From the NCBI RefSeq assembly GCF_002287075.1, contig NZ_NSKE01000004.1, positions 321,492 to 353,491 of the forward strand: 32,000 nucleotides of DNA. The letters are read 5' to 3'. The notes beneath the pieces were generated by a model, which saw nothing but the letters and a program-made list of their open reading frames with translations, had not been told where the DNA came from and searched no databases. Origin of the DNA: Fodinibius salipaludis. GTDB lineage: Bacteria > Bacteroidota > Rhodothermia > Balneolales > Balneolaceae. Below are positions 26,254 to 32,000 of this stretch, piece after piece (the first letter of the stretch is position 1; every line of letters starts with the position of its first letter). Both the position numbers and the translations under genes were made by a program.

Positions 26254-26485
26254 GATACAGAAATTCATAACACCGGTGGCTTTAATACATTTAAGATTTC
26301 TTTCTTAAGGAGAACAACTGCATAAATAACCGCCCGGGAGGTAATTTTTTCCTGTAGTGCTTCATAGAATAAATATCGTTCAATATTTAAGTAAGCAGGC
26401 TCCCTGCTGATAACTTGGTCAATAGAAGGAACATCATCTCTATTTTTATAGAGTCATTCCTTTGTTAGTCTCAATACAATTAATT

Positions 26486-27487
26486 ATGATGTCTCAAATA
26501 AAGAATGCCATCAAGAATCCGGCAGGGATGATACCATTTAACAGCACTGAGCCCACCTTTATCATAAAGATGGGGAGTAAGAAAATTTGTGAAGTAAATG
26601 ATGCAGCTATCGCAGGCTTTGCCAATAAAAATCCTATTGGTAAAGAGCTTAATGACGTAGTACACATCGTGCCGAATGCAGGTCCTAATATCACCCCCGT
26701 ATATTTCAACGAAGAATGGTTCATCCTTAAACAGGAAATACTTCTTTGGGAAGGAAGCCAGCATTTGAAGGTACGACTCGAAGGCCGCGAAGGGGTTCCG
26801 GACTTTGAGGTGATGCAATCTCTTAAGAATATGATTGGATTTTTACTGCATCGGGTACGTTCCCCTCTCACTGGCATTCAAGGATATGCTGAGTTGATTG
26901 AAGACAACAGTGATATTAACGAATCCCAAAGATATCTTGAGAAAATTTCAGCTGGTGTTGATGAACTTTTTAACCTCCTTGATGATTTAGATGATTTAGA
27001 AAAAATTTCTCTTGAACGTATAGATTTAAATAACTTTTCAGCAAATCCCTTTAAAATTATTCAAGAAATTGTTTCCGATTATCCTGTTGAAGTACAAAAG
27101 AATATCAGCTTCGAGGAAACAACATCTTCTACTCCTCTGCAATGCAATTCAGGAGATATGCGTCGTATTCTTTCTTTTTTAATTGAAAATGCTGTAGAAT
27201 ATGCTCCGGCTGATAAGCATGAAGTAACTATATCACAACCCACTCAAAATTCCATTAAAATTTCACATACCGGAAATCCTATTCCAAAATCGATTTCCGA
27301 ACAACTCTTTTATCCTTTTGTTACTACCAAAGCAAGAAAATTGGGGATTGGTTTAACGATGGCTTTGCTCTATGCCAAACGGTACTATGGCTCAATATTT
27401 GTTACCGAAAATAATCCTTTTGGAGAAATTTCATTTCTTTTTTGCCTGCCACCATCTGAAGATTATCAATCACCTTCTCTATTATAG
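26486..27487 (+). CDS. Soluble sensor histidine kinase (PAS-like N-domain, HisKA, divergent HATPase_c)
   Basis: The track ORF starts at a TTG (26462); I prefer the ATG at 26486 (MMSQIKN...). No TM segment is present. The ~100-aa N-terminus is PAS-like. The H-box reads HRVRSPLTGIQGYAELI and the N-box FLIENAVEYAP. The G1 position reads HTGNPI instead of DxGxGI, and G2 reads KLGIGL. Confidence 0.8.
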   Translation: MMSQIKNAIKNPAGMIPFNSTEPTFIIKMGSKKICEVNDAAIAGFANKNPIGKELNDVVHIVPNAGPNITPVYFNEEWFILKQEILLWEGSQHLKVRLEGREGVPDFEVMQSLKNMIGFLLHRVRSPLTGIQGYAELIEDNSDINESQRYLEKISAGVDELFNLLDDLDDLEKISLERIDLNNFSANPFKIIQEIVSDYPVEVQKNISFEETTSSTPLQCNSGDMRRILSFLIENAVEYAPADKHEVTISQPTQNSIKISHTGNPIPKSISEQLFYPFVTTKARKLGIGLTMALLYAKRYYGSIFVTENNPFGEISFLFCLPPSEDYQSPSLL

Positions 27488-27730
27488 ATAGTCGGCTGCA
27501 ACCTATTCTATTATTCCGGTATGAACTGCCACATTTCATGCATTCAGTTCTGCCAGTATCCTATCCTTTCTTACCAATTCGCTGATCTTAAGAAAATATT
27601 TAATTATCAGTATCTCTAACACACTAATGATAAAAGATAAACATCAAACCATACTACAACTGGTAATAAAGGAGTGATCAAACCAGCTTTGATAGGTACC
27701 TATGTATGATAAGAAGCGAACTTTAGACCA

Positions 27731-27761
27731 AAATAAAAAAAGCACCCCATAACAGGGTGCT
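27731..27761 (-). terminator. Rho-independent terminator after the CheY-like gene
   Basis: The minus-strand RNA reads AGCACCC-[UGUUAUG]-GGGUGCU followed by UUUUUUUAUUUU. It lies ~50 nt downstream of the receiver stop (27810). It is also the only hairpin between the convergent kinase and receiver genes. Confidence 0.65.
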
Positions 27762-27809
27762 CTAATCACTAATTCGGTTGTACATCTAACTTTCCTGGGG
27801 CTTACCTAC

Positions 27810-28208
27810 CTACTTCTCATCTGCATTTTCACCAATCATACTCACAATTTGATCTTTTAACAATACGTGCGTCAGTGGTTTTGGAACAAAGCCCAAACCC
27901 TGGCGAAGAATAGCATCAATACGCTCCTCATCATTTTCAGTAGATACAACAATAGCCGGAATATGCTGAAAATCCGGATGATCATGGACATAATCGAGCA
28001 TATCAAGTCCATCCATAACCGGCATATATATATCCACCAACATCAGGTCTATCGACTCATTATCTTTTAGTGCTTTAATACCCTCCTTACCATTTTCAGC
28101 CTCATAAATATTTTCTATTTCTATATCCATTTCGACTGATTGTACTGTATTCTTAAGCACGACCCGCATCGCAGCGTCATCTTCAACAATCAATACGTTT
28201 ATTTTCAT
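27810..28208 (-). CDS. Single-domain CheY-like response regulator (start trimmed to MKINVLIVEDD)
   Basis: 132-aa receiver domain. It has the acidic pocket EDD, the phospho-acceptor in LMLVDIYMP, T in AIVVST, aromatic F plus K in GFVPKP, and no output domain. The longer track ORF (to 28307) would overlap the upstream gene. Confidence 0.85.
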   Translation of the reverse strand: MKINVLIVEDDAAMRVVLKNTVQSVEMDIEIENIYEAENGKEGIKALKDNESIDLMLVDIYMPVMDGLDMLDYVHDHPDFQHIPAIVVSTENDEERIDAILRQGLGFVPKPLTHVLLKDQIVSMIGENADEK

Positions 28209-28248
28209 ATTACTCCAACTTAAATAAGTTATTCTTTTGAAACTTTTT

Positions 28249-28653
28249 TTATATAAAAAATGCAACAAGCAGTGATATAATTGAAATAACAATCGCCGTT
28301 CCCGCAATTAATAATAAACTTTCATGCTGCTTTTTTTCAGCATACTTATCTGCCAGGACCGAAGCCACCAGGGGAAAGTTCACACTTAACCCCTCAAACT
28401 TTTCCGTAACAAAAAAAGTTGTTATCTCCCCATCAGTGTCGGTATAACTGTACTTTTTATTAAAATGGTAATATATACGACCAAAAATCATATCCTCTTC
28501 CACTCCGCAAGCTTCTGCTATGACCTCAACATCTACTGGCACCCTTATACGTGCTATTCGATCAGGTTCTTTTTTAGCATACTTACGAAAATCATCGTGA
28601 TATCGATAATAGATATCTTCAAGAATCTCCAAATCCGTAGGTATATCATCCAT
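28249..28653 (-). CDS. Hypothetical tail-anchored membrane protein (134 aa), unknown function
   Basis: ATG start. The soluble ~110-aa N-domain reads MDDIPTDLEILEDIYYRYHDDFRKYAKKEPDRIARIRVPVDVEVIAEACGVEEDMIFGRIYYHF... A single TM helix sits at the extreme C-terminus (LLLIAGTAIVISIISLLVAFFI). It lies 40 nt upstream of the CheY-like gene on the same strand. I recognise no family. Confidence 0.5.
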   Translation of the reverse strand: MDDIPTDLEILEDIYYRYHDDFRKYAKKEPDRIARIRVPVDVEVIAEACGVEEDMIFGRIYYHFNKKYSYTDTDGEITTFFVTEKFEGLSVNFPLVASVLADKYAEKKQHESLLLIAGTAIVISIISLLVAFFI

Positions 28654-28729
28654 AAGTACCCCACTTCTTATAATTGGTAATGAACTGTCCCAATATTTCT
28701 ATCCGGCCAAACCAATATTATTTATATTA

Positions 28730-29143
28730 TTATTTGTCTATCCTAAAAGTAACCGGTAATGAATATTTGACCTTTACTTTTTTTCCGTCTTGTTTCCCTG
28801 GTTTAAAATCTACTTTTGTGATACCTTCAACAGCCGCCTCGCCACATCCCGAACCAATATCTCTGATAATCTTAGGGGCTTCGGCTTTTCCGTCAGTATT
28901 TACAATAACCTGTAAATATACACGACCCGAAACATTGTTCTTCACAGCCTCTTTCGGGTACTCTATTTCCTTATACAGCGCAGGTAATCCCCCAATAATT
29001 TCCGGCATTTCGTCAACCACGGTATGAACTTCTCCCGAACCTTGCCCGAATACTGCTGATGGAGTCATCCCAATAGCAATAATGGTGACTGCTAAAACTG
29101 ATGAAAATGTAATTGCTCTTTTTAGATATTTAGTGTTATTCAT
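28730..29143 (-). CDS. Secreted TonB C-terminal-domain-only protein
   Basis: 137 aa. It has a signal-peptide-like N-terminus (ITFSSVLAVTIIAIGMTPSAVFG). The TonB_C pattern follows: PEIIGGLPALYKEIEYPKEAVKNNVSGRVYLQVIVNTDGKAEAPKIIRDIGSGCGEAAVEGITKVDFKPGKQDGKKVKVKYSLPVTF. No proline-rich spacer or N-terminal ExbBD-coupling anchor is present. Confidence 0.75.
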   Translation of the reverse strand: MNNTKYLKRAITFSSVLAVTIIAIGMTPSAVFGQGSGEVHTVVDEMPEIIGGLPALYKEIEYPKEAVKNNVSGRVYLQVIVNTDGKAEAPKIIRDIGSGCGEAAVEGITKVDFKPGKQDGKKVKVKYSLPVTFRIDK

Positions 29144-29187
29144 GACTACGTTATGTTTTTGTGACTGTTAAACTGCTATCTCGATTT

Positions 29188-29218
29188 AGCTGCCTTCAAT
29201 ACGAATTGAAACGCAGCT
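29188..29218 (-). other. Extended RNA hairpin immediately after the MCP stop codon (no U-tract)
   Basis: The minus-strand RNA reads UAA-AGCUGC-gu-UUCAAU-[ucgu]-AUUGAA-g-GCAGCU. Twelve bp form in two helices. The hairpin is followed by AAAUCG rather than a U-run, so it is a stability or partial-termination element rather than a classical terminator. Confidence 0.35.
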
Positions 29219-31225
29219 TTAAAATCCATTAAAATTGTTATCTTCAAATGGTACGTGCTGACCATTTCCAACATTTTGGTTATGGGCACTTCCATTTTGT
29301 GAGTTATCAGGTTCAAACTGGTCATCATCTCCGTTTATAGTCTCATCCTGCTTCCCAGTTGTATTTGCTATTGCTTCATTAGACTCTTCACGAACTCCTG
29401 CCAAGTCGATCAACGAATCAACAATATTTGTCAACTCTTTAGCTTGTGAGGATAGCTCCTCAGCTGAACTTGCAGACTCTTCTGAGCTGGAGGCGTTGCT
29501 TTGAACATTCTCATCTAATTCTCTCATCACAGAATTCATTTCCTCAATTCCATTCTGCTGTTCCGAAGATGCTGCCGATATTTCAACAACAAGGGTATTA
29601 ACATTCTTTACACTATCCTGTATTTCTTGCAGATTCCCAGATACCTCTTGAGCAACATTAGCACCACGTTCAGAACTATTTTGTGAACTCTCGATCAGCT
29701 CCGAAGTATTCTTTGCCGCCTCTGCACTGCGTTGTGCCAGATTTCGCACTTCCTCGGCCACAACTGCAAAACCTTTTCCAGCTTCCCCGGCGCGGGCTGC
29801 CTCAACAGCTGCATTAAGCGCCAAAAGGTTTGTTTGAAAAGCAATATCATCAATTGTTTTAATAATCTTCGATGTTTCCATTGAAGCCTCCTGTATTTCA
29901 TCCATTGCTTCATTCATACGCTCCATAGCTTCAACCCCTTGCGAAACTTTGGGTTTAGCTTCTTTCATAGCTATTTCAGCTTCCTTGGCATTCTGCGCAG
30001 TTTGTTTAGATTGGGCTGACATCTCTTCAAGAGAAGCCGTTGTTTGTTGTAGCCCTGCCGCCTGTTCACTTGAACTTTCAGCAAGCTCTTGGCTGGTACC
30101 ACTCATTTGTACAGCAGAATCGTTAACCTGTCGAGCACCAGCCGACAAACGATCGATTATCTTGCTAAGCACGTGCAAAATGGACTCATTCATAAACAGA
30201 CCGAAGACCATTGCACCAATCACTGCTATGGCCACCGATACAATCAATACCCAAATCGTATAAGCCACAGTAGCATTTGTGAGCTTACCCTGCTCGGTAG
30301 CCCATTGCTGAGATAAGCTTGCAAGGCCGGCAGCGCTACTTACAATATTTTTATATGCCTCAATACGGATCTGTTCCTGCTTATCTACAGTGTTACGCGC
30401 TGCAATCATGGTTTTAACGGCACCCACATTATCATTGAGAATAGCCAGCGCAATACTTAGTTGCATGTCTCTTTCAGGATCGGTAGTCCCTTCATATAAT
30501 TCGCCCATTTGAGACCGTATCTTATTAAACTCATCTTCCAACTCCATGAGATCTTCCGTATTGCGTAAAGCCTCTGACTGCCACAGTTTACTTACACTGT
30601 GCAAGAAGTTTTTCGTTATCTCATCAGCCGTAGCAAGTTCTTCCTGAACGTTTTGGATCTCGGTAGCATCAGTAAGGGTTTGTATGCTTTGGTTTGTGAC
30701 AGCTGTATACTCATTCATAATATCAACAAACTCACCCGTGGCCGAGGCCATATTACTTCGGTATTGATCAAGTTCCTGAATGGCCCTGTAAGAAGAATCT
30801 ACTGAAGCATTATAAGCCCGAAAGGACTCATCAATTTGGACAATTATTCTTTCAAAGTTCGGGATATCATACGTTTCAGCAATACGTTTTCCCTCTTCAA
30901 TTTTTTTGTCCACGCTATCTAATTTTACTATTGCTTGTTTATAGAGCGTATCTTTCTGCGTATAATTGTAACGGGACAGGTTATAGCCCGATTCCCACAT
31001 ACCGTTTTCAATAGCATTCGCGATATTCCATTCCGGAATATTCACACCTACCAACTCATTAGTGTTACTATCAATAGCATTTAAAGAGTAAATTGCAATG
31101 GCCCCTACAATCAGGGTCATCATAGATCCTCCCAGTACTATAAATAAAATACGTTTACCGATAGTGCGCTGCTCATTTCCGTATCTTGAAGCTATACTTC
31201 GTAGTTTATTTCGTATAAAACCCAT
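29219..31225 (-). CDS. Methyl-accepting chemotaxis protein (two TM, ~290-aa helical periplasmic sensor)
   Basis: 668 aa. TM1 reads [23 protein letters not shown] and TM2 [23 protein letters not shown]. The highly conserved MCP tip reads [44 protein letters not shown] see no obvious HAMP signature between TM2 and the signalling helices. An N/G/S-rich tail ends in NFNGF. Confidence 0.95.
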   Translation of the reverse strand: MGFIRNKLRSIASRYGNEQRTIGKRILFIVLGGSMMTLIVGAIAIYSLNAIDSNTNELVGVNIPEWNIANAIENGMWESGYNLSRYNYTQKDTLYKQAIVKLDSVDKKIEEGKRIAETYDIPNFERIIVQIDESFRAYNASVDSSYRAIQELDQYRSNMASATGEFVDIMNEYTAVTNQSIQTLTDATEIQNVQEELATADEITKNFLHSVSKLWQSEALRNTEDLMELEDEFNKIRSQMGELYEGTTDPERDMQLSIALAILNDNVGAVKTMIAARNTVDKQEQIRIEAYKNIVSSAAGLASLSQQWATEQGKLTNATVAYTIWVLIVSVAIAVIGAMVFGLFMNESILHVLSKIIDRLSAGARQVNDSAVQMSGTSQELAESSSEQAAGLQQTTASLEEMSAQSKQTAQNAKEAEIAMKEAKPKVSQGVEAMERMNEAMDEIQEASMETSKIIKTIDDIAFQTNLLALNAAVEAARAGEAGKGFAVVAEEVRNLAQRSAEAAKNTSELIESSQNSSERGANVAQEVSGNLQEIQDSVKNVNTLVVEISAASSEQQNGIEEMNSVMRELDENVQSNASSSEESASSAEELSSQAKELTNIVDSLIDLAGVREESNEAIANTTGKQDETINGDDDQFEPDNSQNGSAHNQNVGNGQHVPFEDNNFNGF

Positions 31226-31339
31226 AATAACGTTTGAACTGTAATGCGAATTTCTCCCGATATATTAACCGGGATAATCCAAATCCACGTTTAAATTAGC
31301 TTTGAGAATAATCAGTCTTATTACTTGCTTGTCAATACC

Positions 31340-31366
31340 TTATCGGCGGGCAATTTTCTTTCTTAA
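31340..31366 (-). promoter_or_regulatory. Sigma-28 (FliA)-type promoter upstream of the MCP gene
   Basis: The minus strand reads TTAA-N15-GCCGATAA. The -10 element is an exact match to the sigma-28 consensus GCCGATAA (31347-31340). The -35 element is TTAA/TAAG against TAAA. The promoter lies ~115 nt upstream of the MCP ATG (31225). Confidence 0.55.
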
Positions 31367-31401
31367 ATAAAAAAGAGAAATCTTTTAAACTTATGACTGA
31401 C

Positions 31402-31436
31402 AAATAAAAAAGTGCTACCCTTATCCAGGGTAACAC
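31402..31436 (-). terminator. Rho-independent terminator after the partial upstream MCP gene
   Basis: The minus-strand RNA reads GUGUUACCCU-[GGAUA]-AGGGUAGCAC-UUUUUUAUUU. The 10-bp stem includes one G.U pair that would be a C.A mismatch on the plus strand. It lies ~55 nt downstream of the stop at 31491. Confidence 0.65.
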
Positions 31437-31490
31437 TCTAAGGACTATTAGGTTATAAGGAATATTCGTTTTAGGAGTATATTTTTTTAG

Positions 31491-32000
31491 TTAAAATCCG
31501 CTAAAATTATCTTCTTCGTCAAATGGAATCAATTCACTGTCATCACTTTTACTTTCAGATGATGATCCATCATGGTATTCTGAATTAAAAGAACGCCCAT
31601 TCCCATTTTTCTTTTCAATCTTTTGATATCCATTAGATCCCGCTCTATTTGAATACCCATTTGACTCCCATTGATTGGTATTATTAGAACTCTTAGCATG
31701 AGTACCGTCAATACCACCAACCAATCCCATGAGCTCTTTCACGATAGTATTGAGCTCAGCCGCCTGAGAGGAAAGCTCCTCAGCAGAACTGGCCGACTCC
31801 TCCGATGCCGAAGCGTTGCCCTGCACTGCCTCATCCATTTCAGTCATGGCCGAGTTAATTTGCTGTACCCCACTTGACTGCTCCTGGGATGCTGCCGAGA
31901 TCTCCACCACAAGCGTGCTCACATTATTTACACTTTCTTCAATCTTTTCCAGGTTTTTCGACACCTCTTCGGCTACCCGGGCCCCACGATTAGAGCTTTC
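31491..32000 (-). CDS. Methyl-accepting chemotaxis protein, partial (C-terminal 169 aa; N-terminus beyond the right window edge)
   Basis: The reading frame stays open to 32000. The track's M is an internal GTG, and upstream it reads ESSNRGARVAEEVSKNLEKIEE. It is paralogous to the C-terminal signalling arm of the neighbouring MCP ([57 protein letters not shown]). The tail ends in NFSGF. Confidence 0.9.
   Translation of the reverse strand, partial: ESSNRGARVAEEVSKNLEKIEESVNNVSTLVVEISAASQEQSSGVQQINSAMTEMDEAVQGNASASEESASSAEELSSQAAELNTIVKELMGLVGGIDGTHAKSSNNTNQWESNGYSNRAGSNGYQKIEKKNGNGRSFNSEYHDGSSSESKSDDSELIPFDEEDNFSGF

Noticed and set aside
26462-26485. TTG start for the histidine kinase
   Set aside because: An in-frame ATG-ATG pair at 26486 is a more plausible start. 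The eight extra residues add nothing recognisable.
27521-27619. 32-aa Cys-containing mini-ORF (MNCHISCIQFCQYP...) in the kinase/receiver intergenic region
   Set aside because: It has no ribosome-binding context, no conservation evidence and no recognisable peptide family. It is indistinguishable from a random ORF.
28209-28307. 33-aa N-terminal extension of the CheY-like ORF
   Set aside because: The extension overlaps the upstream 134-aa gene and is not receiver-like. MKINVLIVEDD at 28208 is the canonical receiver N-terminus.
28693-28727. Sigma-28-like TAAA-N13/15-GCCGGATAG upstream of the 134-aa ORF
   Set aside because: The -10 element has an inserted G relative to GCCGATAA, and the spacing only fits if the core is shifted. 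It is not convincing.
1-32000. Search for CRISPR arrays, IS/transposase or integrase genes, tRNA/rRNA, long direct or inverted repeats, and defence-type cassettes (nuclease/ATPase/unknown multi-gene blocks)
   Set aside because: None found by eye. The only repeats are short intergenic motifs reported above. The only ATPases are FliI and FlhF. The two MCP genes are diverged paralogues rather than repeats.

Overview
About 26 kb of this 32-kb window is a flagellar biogenesis and motor locus. The right-hand 5.5 kb carries signalling and chemotaxis genes.

Four blocks can be read from the sequence:
1. flgF-flgG on the minus strand at the left edge; flgG runs off the window.
2. flhB-flhA-flhF-orf78-fliA on the plus strand (1783-7519).
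3. An 18-kb minus-strand superoperon from 26134 down to 8013: flgB-flgC-fliE-fliF-fliG-fliH-fliI-fliJ-(ylxF/flbB-like)-fliK-flgD-flgE, a strong intrinsic terminator, then motA-motB-fliL-fliM-fliN-fliO-fliP-fliQ-fliR.
4. A soluble PAS histidine kinase on the plus strand, divergent from flgB, followed by a minus-strand unit: MCP (partial), terminator, sigma-28-type promoter, MCP, TonB_C-only protein, 134-aa tail-anchored unknown, CheY-like receiver, terminator.

A near-consensus sigma-54 promoter lies upstream of flgB. An exact GCCGATAA sigma-28 -10 box lies upstream of the complete MCP. I found no rRNA, tRNA, CRISPR array, transposase or integrase, and no obvious defence cassette.

Shine-Dalgarno sequences are mostly absent and start codons sit in A-rich contexts. 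With the TonB_C-only protein and moderately AT-rich DNA, this suggests a flagellated member of the FCB group, for example Balneolales-like. That assignment is inference only.

I do not see a clear-cut new multi-gene system. The points most worth follow-up are:
- FliM and FliN/FliY both lack the canonical CheY-P docking peptide, although MCPs and a CheY-like receiver are encoded nearby.
- FlhF keeps its P-loop but has divergent G3/G4 motifs. No FlhG follows it; that slot holds a 78-aa two-TM ORF translationally coupled to fliA.
- The sigma-28-driven MCP / TonB_C / unknown / CheY unit.
- A soluble histidine kinase with a degenerate G1 box, divergent from the sigma-54 flgB promoter.
- About 490 bp of unexplained non-coding DNA between fliA and fliR.
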